This document shows positions 14,688 to 24,667 of a stretch of DNA of 64,000 bases, piece by piece. This DNA comes from the human T2T-CHM13v2.0 reference genome, Homo sapiens. Under the pieces are notes generated by a model that did no database searches, was not told the DNA's origin, and worked only from the letters and a program-made list of their open reading frames with translations. The stretch lies in assembly GCF_009914755.1 (NCBI RefSeq), contig NC_060927.1. The stretch is one strand, 5' to 3'. Position 1 is the stretch's first letter, and each line of letters starts with the position of its first letter. The position numbers were made by a program, and so were the translations under genes.

Positions 14688-14983
14688 GGCCGGGCGCGGT
14701 GGCTCACGCCTGTAATCCTAGCACTTTGGGAGGCCAAGGCGGGCGGATCACGAGGTCAGGAGATCCAGACCATCCTGGCTAACACGGTGAAACCACGTCT
14801 CTAATAAAAATACAAAAAATTAGCCTGGCGCTGTGGCGGGTGCCTGTAGTCCCAGCTACTCAGGAGGCTGAGGCAGGAGAATGGCGGGAACCCGGGAGGC
14901 GGAGCTTGCAGTGAGCCCAGATGACACCACTGCACTCCAGCTTGGGCGACAGAGTGAGACTCCATCTCAAAAAAACAAAAAAA
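14688..14983 (+). mobile_element. AluY inside L1 3' UTR
   Basis: Y diagnostics GATCACGAGGTCAGGAGATC, CCATCCTGGCTAACACGG and GGAGCTTGCAGTG. Confidence 0.92.
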
Positions 14984-15244
14984 GTTAGAATAAATAAGAC
15001 CTACCATTAGATAACATAATAGGGTCACTCTAGTCACTAATAATTTAATTGTAGATTTTAAAATAAGTTATTATAAAGTATAGTTGGATTGTTTGTAACA
15101 CAATGGATAAATGCTTGAGGGGATGGATACCTCATTCTGCAAGATGTGATTATTATGCATTGCATGCCTGTGTCAAAACATCTTATGTACTCCATAAATA
15201 TATACACCTACTATGTACTCACAAAAAATAAAAATTAAAAAACA

Positions 15245-15560
15245 ATCCAGGCACAATGGCTCATGCATATAAACCCAGCACTTTGGGAGGCTGAGACAGG
15301 CAGATCTCTTGAGCCTAGTAATTCGAGATCAGCCTGGGCAACACGGCAAAATCCTGTCTCTGCAAAAAACACAAAAATAAACCAGACATGGTGGCGTACG
15401 CTTGTAGTCCCAGCTACTCGGGAGGCTGAGGTGAAAAGATCACCTGAGCCCAGGGAGGTCAAGGCTGCAGTGAGTCAAGATCCAGCCACACTGCACTCCA
15501 GCTTGGGTGACAGAGCAAGGCCCTGTCTCAATATAATAATGATACAAATAAATAAATAAA
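15245..15560 (+). mobile_element. AluJ in the L1 poly(A) tail
   Basis: GGAGGTCAAGGCTGCAGTGAG and CCCTGTCTC are J-type. Confidence 0.88.
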
Positions 15561-15666
15561 CATCATTATGGTATAGATGCCACATACACACACACACATA
15601 TACAGACTTCTGAATAGCTCAGTTTCTCTGGAGAACTCAGACAAAAACAGATTTTGATATAGTAGA

Positions 15667-15878
15667 CAGTGCTATCCAGTAGAACTTTCTGTGATAATGA
15701 AAATGTTCTTATCTGTGCTGTTCAATACAGCAGTCACTAGCCACATGTGGCTATTGGGTGCTTAAAATTTAACTAGTATGACAAAAGTGCATAATTTAAA
15801 TTTAATTGCATTTTAATTATTTTAAATCAAAATTTAAATAGCCATTCATGCTTAGTACCTACCTGGTGGACAGCACAG
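15667..15878. mobile_element. MER3-like hAT-Charlie DNA transposon
   Basis: CAGTGCTATCCAGTAGAACTTTCTGTGATAATG...CTAGCCACATGTGGCTA...GGACAGCACAG. Confidence 0.8.
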
Positions 15879-16498
15879 CTCTAGAGAAAAAGCCATATTT
15901 TTTAAGCCATACTATTTTGTAACTTGTATGTTACCTTCCAGATCCATTTCCTGCTATTCTCTTCTGTTCTTTTAGTAATTGTTAGTTTGCTACTTCAAGA
16001 TGCTTTATTGCTTTTATTTTTTCTTTTTATTGTATCAAGGTACAAATCAGATGTTCCTTAGAGATGTGTATAAAATTGGCTATTTACAATAGTGAGATTT
16101 TAAGGTAGTTTAATTTAGCTTGGGTTTATAAAAAATCAGTAAAATCCTAATGTTCTTCACAATTCCTTTATTTCAGCTATGTGAATTACCAAGATAGCTC
16201 CTGTTATTTAGTCAATCTGGGTCAAGAAACAGGGTCCTTAGTTGGTTTCAGTATTTTTAGTCTGCCCTTCTCATTCCATAGAAGTACTCGTAATATTCCT
16301 AACAGAAATTGTATTAAATGGTAATGCAAATACAAAGAATCTTCTGCTCTAAGGAAACACAAAGATTCACACTAAAAAACAGTCACTGACACTTAAAAAA
16401 TGCACACTTTAATAAATGACTATAGGTTTTCTTATTTATTTATTCCAAACTGCTTGTGGCTGAAAAAGTCAGGAACAGTTAAGAAATGGTGAACAATC

Positions 16499-16801
16499 TG
16501 CTGGGCGCAGTGGCTCATGCCTATAATCCCAGCACTTTGGGAGGCCAAGGCAGGTGGATCACTAGAGGTCAAAATTTCAATCCATCCTGGGCAACATGGT
16601 GAAACCTTGTATCTACTAAAAATGCAAAACTCAGCCAGGCGTGCTGGCACACACCTGTAATCCCAGCTACTAGGGAGGCTGAGGCACGAGAGTCACTTGA
16701 CCCCGGGAGGCAGAGGTTGCGGTGAGCCGAGATTGCGCCATTGACTCTGGCCTGGGGGACAGAGACAGTGTCCCCACCCCCCACCCCCACCCCCAAAAAA
16801 A
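16499..16801 (+). mobile_element. Alu (old S/J) with C-rich insert before the tail
   Basis: Dimeric Alu with TSD-like GGTGAACAAT / GGTCAACAAT. Confidence 0.88.
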
Positions 16802-17044
16802 GGTCAACAATTATTATGAATGGGGAGTGGAATTTTATTTATTTCTCCACAGCTTATATTTGTAACAGCCCATATGGACTTCTTTTGTAAATGAAAATAG
16901 AAATAATTTTTTAAGTGCAGAATCTTTTAGTTCGAGCCATTCCACTTAAGAATACTTAGAATTACTTACATAGGGAAATACTGCCCTTAAAACAGACACA
17001 GAGGAAAGATAAAGGAATCTATATTTTTACAGGATAAACCAGAC

Positions 17045-17440
17045 ACCCATTCCTTTAGCAAACACATATTGAGTGATTACTATGTTTATTTTTAGCTGCC
17101 AAAAATTTGATCAACAAGCCAAAGTCCCTGCATTCTTCTTGCCACTTACATTTTAGTTGGGGAGAAAAACAAACACACATGTAAATAAATGATTTAAATT
17201 ATATAAGTTCAAGTTTACAAATGATACGAAGAAAAATAAAATTAGAAGCATGAAGAGTGACCAGAGGAGGTAGGGGTGAAGAGGAAAAGGGTTATCAGCA
17301 ATGCCTCACTGAGAATGTCACATTTGGACAGACTCTTTGGTAATGTAAGGAAATGACAAATATGATGATCTCCAATAGGAGTGTTGCAGGGAAAAAAAAA
17401 CTCCACATGCAAAAAATTATATGTCAGGAATAAAATTGGC
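17045..17440 (-). mobile_element. L2 3' fragment
   Basis: CATTC...ATATTGAGTGATTACTATGT...AAGTCCCTGC...CTTACATTTTAGTTGGGGAG. Confidence 0.6.
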
Positions 17441-19818
17441 TTGAATAGCTATAGAGTCATTGTTGTGAAAGTTTTTTTTGTTGTTGTTTACTTGGTTTTT
17501 TTTAATGAAGTCAATTTTCAGTATGATTATGTTCAAAAGTAGACAGTGATCTTCAGGTTGTTTCCGTTTATAGATGATTATTTGCAAAACTTCCATTTTA
17601 CGTATTACCTGCTGTTAAACTCAAGGATCATATGATCATCTATGAATTAGGGTTAATATGTGCTTGTCCTGAGGAAAATGTAGAGAAAGGAATTATCCTT
17701 CTTGATGAGTTTAAGAAAGTACATGATGGCCACATATCTTAGATCATTTACATTCAATCATTGTATAAATAGAATTTACACTACATAAGATCATTAGGTC
17801 ATTTGCACTCTATACGTTGTGATTGCATATTTTAAAACGAGAGAAGGTGAAGATGTTGATCATATTGCTACTTGATGTAGCTATATAAAAAGGAAGGAAG
17901 AGATCATTTTGAGGTTATACATTTCTGAAAATTTGTGAATTTATTTTCATTACTTTTATATACTTTCATCAACATAACATGAAATTCTAATAATAAGACA
18001 TGTGGAGTGGGGTGAGGTAAAATAATAGGTTATATTTTGAAGAGGGACACTGAGTGTTTTATAAACAGTAGCAAAATTGTAAGTTAAAAAACTATCTAAA
18101 GCAGTAAATATTGCCATAAATATATACAAAAAATACATATACCAACCATACAAACCATTTTGTATATATATACAAAAATACATATACCAACCATATACAC
18201 ACATCATATATATTAATACTACTTATATTGTGGTGTATATACTATATACTATGCCTATAAATTCTTAACATTTCTGCAACACAGGCAGATTATCTCATAC
18301 TTAAAATGCTAGCAAGCAAGGAGAATGACAATCAATGTTTCCAGTACTCAATAAGCTAATTTTCTTCCACAATGGTGTACATTTTCACCAGGCCATGAAA
18401 TCTGTTTTTCTAGGTCAATTTACTACAAGGGTCAATTTGCTATGAGAGTCAATTTAGCATGAATTTTTAGATTTTCAGTTCTGGGAATGACTGTATATTT
18501 TAAAAAAATTAGATATTTCCCCTAAATTTAGCATTTTAAAAGAGAAATATAAATGTTCTGGTGAACCATGTGAAATCACAGGAAATTTATCCATAGTGAT
18601 AAAAGTGACATTTGTTTTCCCATTTTCATTTCAATATTTTTAGCATAATTAAAACCGTAGACAGTTTACTTGGCTCCCAAAAGTGTAAAAGAGCATAATC
18701 ATCACAGTCAGAATAAATTTCAATACTTTCAACTGTGGTAGAAACAGTCATAAAATATAAGCTAACTGTAGTCTCTTCTGTGATAACTACCTTAAAAAAA
18801 AACCTATCTTTGGTACTACTGAGAGAGGAGGAGGAGGTTGCCATCTTATTCTGTGATAGTATAAAGAAAGAGGACCAATATGTTCAAGGCAGAACAAAAT
18901 ATAAACTATCTTTTATATAATACATTAATTACTAATGAATTACTTGCTTGTAAGGCATTAATTTCTCTTCGTTTTATATTGGATTTCAAAACACTTAATT
19001 AAATATTTAAAAATATTTTTGCCATGAAGTGAAAGAGAATACGGGGCTTAATTATAAAGAAAGTAAAGAAAATTTTGCAAACAGGTTTAATATTTCAAAC
19101 TATTGCATATAGGGATGCGTGGATAGATGCCATCTTTTGGCAATTTATGAAACTAATTAATTGATGATTCCTATGGGGTCAGTTAATTTATACATTTACT
19201 GCCACATTGATGATATATGTAGACAATATAACCTTAAACCTATGAAATGAAGATACTGGAAGATATTTAATTGTATTCACAGAACAGCTGTAAGTTTTAG
19301 AAATGTATTTATTCGTACAAGTCTATATAACATTTTGACAATGTCACATTTTTCTAAAATATTCAAATATCTCACAACATTGAGTACTGGCAATTTTTAA
19401 ATTAATTGTGTAATAGTATCTAAGAATAGACTACTTGAAAAATAGAGTATTATCTGTTCTTTGTACATGAATCTGACATTATTTATCCAAATGACCAGAG
19501 TTTATGTTTTCAGTATTTTTCTCCCATAAATGCAATCAGTGCACATTTCACTTCTAGTCCCCTGGGTGTATGGGCTAAAGAGAGCCCTTAATCACAAGAA
19601 AGTTCATGACTCTCACTTAATCAAACTTTCAACTTAAAAAAAACTAATTAAATTAATCATTTTGTTTCATAGTTTACCAATGGAGTTACTTTTGTCATGA
19701 GTTTCTGAAAGCAGTAATTTACCAAAAATCCCCTAGGCTTTTTAGGCTCTTCCGTTTCAGAGATTGCCCACTGAAATTATCCCTGGGGGTGAGTATGTGG
19801 CAAAATAGTGTTAAAGAC

Positions 19819-19982
19819 CAGTGCTTCTCAAACTTTGTGTGCGTACAAATCACTACAAATCTTGGTATAATGAAGATTCTGACTCCGCAGGTATGGGGCA
19901 GGGCTGAGATTCTGCTGTCCTGATAAATTCTTAGGTGTTGCTGGTGCTGCTGGTCTGAGAACCACATATTTAGTAGTAACGC
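19819..19982. mobile_element. MER5-family hAT DNA transposon
   Basis: CAGTGCTTCTCAAACTTT...AGATTCTGACTC...GCTGCTGGTCTGAGAACCACA. Confidence 0.8.
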
Positions 19983-20167
19983 TATAGATTATATGAGGGT
20001 ACAAATCCAAATTGCTGTCATGGTTATCAACAAGACTCAGAAGAAGACTCTTTTTCAGAGTATTGGTTACAAATGCCTATATATTCATGCTCAAATGGGG
20101 TATTTTCTTCAATATAATAATCTTAAAGTTTTTTTTTCTATTGCTCAATGTAGCTTTATAAGTAATT

Positions 20168-20290
20168 AAGTCCAGCTCCTTCATATTATAGTTGAGGCCA
20201 CTGAGGGTCAAGGAAGTTGAATATATGCCCAAGGTCATACAGCTAGAAGCAGCATGTGCATTAGAACCCAGAAACTCCGACTACCATTTC
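20168..20290 (-). mobile_element. MIR
   Basis: ACTGAGGGTC...TGCCCAAGGTCATACAGCTAG core. Confidence 0.75.
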
Positions 20291-21124
20291 AATAAACAAA
20301 TCCTAACTTCTTTGGCATTTCCATTTGTTATATTCTCCCTGACACAAAACCTAAGCGTGAGTCAATAATGATTAGAATTTCACCTTTTGATCCTCACAAT
20401 AGGTTAAATGATAGCAGTATCTGTGGACTCACTGACTGACTTTCCTAACAGCTAAAACTCACAGTAGGCAACTATCTCCTACAATAACACAGGTATTCAC
20501 ACATCTTTCTTCAAGAATGTGCTTGCAGTTTTATTATGGACATTTTGTTCCTTAATTTTGAGAACCTGGGGAGAAAGGTGGGCAGAGAAATGAATGGGTC
20601 ATTAGTTAAAAGGCAAGGGTTGAATTTGCAAAAGGTTGTGGCAAAGTAAGCAACAAATGGGAAAGAGTGAAGGGCATCAATATTGATCTTGCCTCTCATC
20701 TTTCCCTCTGTCTTCTTGCTTGCAGGTTTCTATTGTGTAGTCTCTCAAACAAAGCCGACTTTATTTATGGTGTGACTGATTTAACACTACTGAACCAGTC
20801 CATCATCTGCCAATTTGGTCCAATTAAAAACTGGTCATAGGGAAAACCTGGGAATTAAGCTCATTTAGAAACACAACTTCTGATTCATTTATGTCTTGCT
20901 CATTTATGTCTCCTCTTCTAAAGGACACATTTCAGGGTGTTGATTTATAGAGGTGGCTCTTTCCAGCTTCCTGAGTTTCTGTGACTCCTTTTGGTTAGGT
21001 CCATTAAAAAAGTGCACTTCTGCCTCTCTCCCCTCGTAAGGCTATTGTTAAAACATTTTAAAGAGGCTTGCCTAAGATTTCCTGCTATCCAGAATTAGAA
21101 AAATCCCAATAAACAGCTAGAGTC

Positions 21125-21355
21125 ACCATTTTTAAAGTATGTACGCATTGCATGGACTTACGCTAACATGATTGCTTTCTCACTTAATCCTTACAACTCT
21201 TTAAGTACTATTATCCTGGTTTTGCAGTTGAGGAGGCTTTAGACTTAAACGTTCAAGTAAATCATCAAATATTATAAAACATGAAGCGACAGCTATGCTA
21301 TTTGAACCAAAGGCTGCCTGATGCCAGTGCCAGCACTGCTACTCACCAAGCTCTA
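21125..21355 (-). mobile_element. MIR
   Basis: CACTTAATCCTTACAAC...ATTATCCTGGTTTTGCAGTTGAGG...ATTTGAACC. Confidence 0.6.
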
Positions 21356-21670
21356 CTGAGATTTATACCTAGACTAAGTAAAACCTCTGAACAACAACAA
21401 CAACAAAATTATTTCCTCCACTTGTTTTTCCTTTTTTGCACAAGTTCTTGTAGGCAGGTAGGTGTTCCACTCCCTATACTTAGCCTCTCCCACGCCCTCT
21501 GCAATCTTTCCCTTTTGCTGCTGGAATCGTCAGAGATTGCTACTGCAGCTGGTGAGTGGGCAGGTGCAGCCACCATCTGCTCTAGGAGTCCAAATGCGCA
21601 GAAGAACCTCGCACCCAGGACCTGGCCCAGGCACCACGAATTCCAGAACATGCTGGGGACACGGCTAACC

Positions 21671-21684
21671 CCGCCCCCTCGCGG
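21671..21684 (-). promoter_or_regulatory. CTCF-like motif
   Basis: Minus strand reads CCGCGAGGGGGCGG, close to the CTCF core consensus. Confidence 0.55.
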
Positions 21685-21887
21685 TGGCGATTGGCTGAAC
21701 CCTTCCTGAGTGCAAAGCGCTGATTAATGAAGGCAGTTGTCTCGCCTGCAAGTTCGGGCGAGACATCTCTAAAGAGGTAAGATCCGCCAGGGGTGCTGAA
21801 TGGGGGCTTCAGTTCTTCCTGCCCGAAGGGTCCTTGAGAAGCCTGTTTGTTTTTCCCGGCGCTTGTCTCCACCCATCCCCTTCTCTC

Positions 21888-21965
21888 ATTGGCCAGACCT
21901 GGTGGGCGGGGGAGTTTCCATTGGCCGGGGGGCGGTGTCTGTCCCTGGCCGGGGTGGGGGCGGGG
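21888..21965 (+). promoter_or_regulatory. TATA-less core promoter: two inverted CCAAT boxes and three GC boxes
   Basis: ATTGG at 21888 and 21920 (another at 21690). GGGCGG at 21904, 21930 and 21958. Confidence 0.75.
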
Positions 21966-22004
21966 CCTCCGCCGCTCTGAGCTTGCCCTTGTGTCTGGTG
22001 CTTC

Positions 22005-22623
22005 GTAGAGCTGCCGCCGTCGCCGCTGCCGCTGCCGCCACAGCCGCCGCTGCAGCCGGAGCATCCGGGAGCCGCCACTGCCGCCGCCGCTGCCGCTGCT
22101 ACCGCCACTAGCGCTGCTTCCACTGCTTCTACCTCCCCTCCCAGGACCCCGAGACACCCCGGGCGCGAGCGGCAGTGCTGCTTGCTTGCTCCTCCTCTCC
22201 CCCAGCCCTTCCCCTCCGTGACCTACCCACTCCTTGCAGCCCTCGCCCGCACCTTCTCCAACACCCCGGCATCCCTGCACCACCTGCTCGGGCAGCCCCG
22301 GCGGGCTCTGGGACTTGCTGTGCGCGCCGAGAGGAAGGCAAGCTCCAAACCCCTGCCTGGAAGACGGGCTGTCGCGGCTGCACCACCAGCAGGAGGAGGA
22401 GGAGAAGAAACTATTTCGCGATACCCCATTCTGCGGGTGCTTTGCCGCTGCCGCTTCTGCTGCCGCCGATCCGAGTCCGCGGGTTCGAACACCGCAGCGG
22501 TGGGGACGGTGGGTCCGGCGGGCGCCGGGAGGAGGACACCAGCGGAGCCCTGCACTCTCGTGCCCCGCTCACCAGCATCTACTTGCCCCCTCGTTCCTTC
22601 CCCAGCCCTTTAGAGAAGGGACC
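22005..22623 (+). other. CADM2: CADM2 exon 1 5' UTR (start approximate), with GCC/GCT triplet runs at ~22011-22110 and 22444-22468
   Basis: GC-rich leader with no ATG, directly downstream of the CCAAT/GC-box cluster. TSS position is inferred and approximate. Confidence 0.7.
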
Positions 22624-22684
22624 ATGATTTGGAAACGCAGCGCCGTTCTCCGCTTCTACAGTGTCTGCGGGCTCCTGCTACAAG
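22624..22684 (+). CDS. CADM2: CADM2 first coding exon (signal peptide MIWKRSAVLRFYSVCGLLLQ + G, phase 1)
   Basis: GGGACCATGA Kozak context at 22624. The translation matches the N-terminus of cell adhesion molecule 2 as I recall it. CAAG|GTAATC donor follows at 22684/22685, inside a CpG island. Confidence 0.96.
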
Positions 22685-22820
22685 GTAATCCCCGCCCCGG
22701 CGCAGGGAACATCAACTTCTCGCCCATTCCCCATCTTCCCCATTCCACCCCATATTTCCACTCTCCCCTCCCAGTCTCCCTGTCCCCAGCGATTTCCACC
22801 CCCTCCCCCTACTCTCTGGT

Positions 22821-22836
22821 GCGGCAGGGGGCAGTG
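22821..22836 (+). promoter_or_regulatory. CTCF-like motif
   Basis: GCGGCAGGGGGCAGTG resembles the CTCF core. Confidence 0.45.
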
Positions 22837-24626
22837 GCAGTTTGCACCAGCCCCTCGAATTTCTAACACTGGCTCAGCCCTGCCTTCCCAGCAGTCAGCC
22901 CCTTACGCGGCACCTTTTGCCTTCTCATTCACCTGAGCTTCCTTCATCTCACTCCATTCCCGCCAGCATCCCCCTCCCACGCCTTTTGGCTGGCAACTTG
23001 TGCCTCTCTGAACATTCCACCCTCCCGACAACCCCCACCAGCCACCTCCCACATCACGCTCTTGAGCGACCCTCTCCATCTCTTGTCATCTCTTTAACCT
23101 CCCCCTTTTCAGGTCGCCTTTTCTTTTCCCCCTCTTCCCACCATCATCATATCCGTGTGTCTTTAAAAAGTGTGTGAGAGCCTGGGAGCGAGCTACCAAG
23201 ACGGGCGAGAACAGCAGCAGCGACAGCACCGTGTGCATTGCAATAACATCCCCGGGGGGGAAATGTGTTCTGAGACGTGTCATTTACCTAGGAAGAGAGA
23301 GGGGACTCTGTCTGGGATTTAAAAAAAAAGAAAAGAAAAGAAAAAGAAAGGAAAAAGAATAAGAAAAAAGAAAAAATGAGTGAATGAATGAATAAATAAA
23401 CCAAGAATTTAAGAAAGGGGAGAAAAGGCAAAAAAATTAAAAGACCCAAACCCACTTTATCAACACATTGACTTTTTATTATTCAGTCTGTGTCGTTTCT
23501 TTTTTTTTTTAACCAAAGAAATATATGCTCCCTAGCAGTTACTTTACTGCTAAGATATTTTCACTTAGATTTCCTACCTCTCCATCCTCTCTCTGCCGCT
23601 TCTTTCCGTAATTAATATTATCCTTTCACGTGAAATGTAAGAACCTCTGCGACCGCAGCAGTGGAGGGAAACCGCACAAAACGCTGTTATTATGCAAATC
23701 ACTGGGTTTGGATGCCGGATGGCTAAGGAATCTGGGTTCACTTTTCTCCAGACCCTCTTTTTTGGAGGAGGGAGTGAGGGGGCTGTGTGGAATGGGAGGA
23801 CGATGCTGATTATGAAATAAATGGCAATGCATAGTACAGGAGTGCATGAGGACACTTTGGGTGGTGGAGGAGGCAGGGGCGGCGTGCTAGGGCTAGGTGG
23901 GCAGGGGCTGTAAGGCGGAAGATTGTTGCTTTGAAGAGAATAGTATAGGGATGTGGCTTGAGTGTGAGATATAGCAAGGATGGATGTGAAATGATGATTG
24001 ATAGAATATTTTTTAAGCTAGGTGACTAGATTTTTTTTCTTTGCCTGCCTCTAATCCTTCTGTCATTATTTGGGTATTTGCAGGAAAGGTAAGTTGATCA
24101 AATTAATTTTTCCCTGGGTAAAAGGGATCTGAAAGTAAGACACACGTAGACTCACTGGCGTGCAAAACCCAGTCGGCCTTTGGAGGATTTAAATGAGGTC
24201 AATGAACCATCTTTCAGCAAGTTCTTGGAATGCATCCTCTCTCCTGCCCTCCTCCGGGATATAGACTGGGGACCGAATTTTATTTATGCATATTTATGAA
24301 TGTGAAAAAAGAGGCGGTGGGCAGAATTTTCCTGAATTAACTAACTGACCTTGTAGAGATCTTGTGTAGAAAATTTTGGTGGTACTTTTGTGTATTTTAC
24401 GTTGGGTGTAAATTTCAGATATGTCATGTGTGCCAGAATCTCCGTGAAGGCAGACAGCACATTCTCCCTGCGTACACCGCCGAGTCCCATTTCTCACCTT
24501 TCACACCCCCATCCTCACACAAGTAACCCGGGTGTCTGACACGTTACTTAGGTTTTTAATCCGCGCTGAGACAATCTCACAGAGACCCTACTTCACCTCT
24601 CAGTAACTTGCATTTCTCAGCTCTGC

Positions 24627-24667
24627 TGTGTGTGTGTGTATGTGTGTGTGTGTGCGCGCGCGCGCGC
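24627..24667. repeat. (TG)n(CG)n alternating purine-pyrimidine tract
   Basis: 41 bp of uninterrupted RY alternation ending in (GC)7. Confidence 0.95.

Larger units (their letters stand above)
13193..15240 (+). mobile_element. 5'-truncated L1 (L1MA-type) 3' end
   Basis: ORF2 C-terminal remnants (…ILLFATTWMELEIITLSEISQA), 3' UTR and A-tail. TSD-like ATAAATATCATTATGATAT (13174) / ATAAACATCATTATGGTAT (15556). Confidence 0.9.
12269..15649 (+). mobile_element. ERVL MLT2-family LTR split into three pieces (12269-12540, 13065-13192, ~15575-15649)
   Basis: 5' TGATGTTTAATTTTGTGTGTCAA, middle GGACTTCTCAGCCTCCATAA, and 3' GTTTCTCTGGAGAACTCAGACAAAAACA are collinear with MLT2. Confidence 0.75.
21590..22720. 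promoter_or_regulatory. CpG island / CADM2 promoter
   Basis: Sharp rise in GC and CpG density against the AT-rich flanks; spans the first exon. Confidence 0.93.

Noticed and set aside
21281-21709. 142-aa ATG-initiated ORF upstream of the promoter
   Set aside because: Starts inside a MIR, crosses a (CAA)n run and a pyrimidine tract, and has no recognisable homology.
22414-22423. TTTCGCGATA as a BANP-type CGCG element
   Set aside because: Imperfect match, ~400 nt downstream of the likely TSS; not supportable from sequence alone.
21582-22555. Long ORFs on both strands in the CpG island (e.g. 233 aa on minus)
   Set aside because: Low-complexity G/A/R/P sequences expected from GC-rich DNA lacking stops; many start at non-ATG codons; no recognisable domain.
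22685-22866. Continuation of the 210-aa ORF beyond ...GLLLQG
   Set aside because: Read-through into intron 1 past the GT donor; not CADM2 protein.
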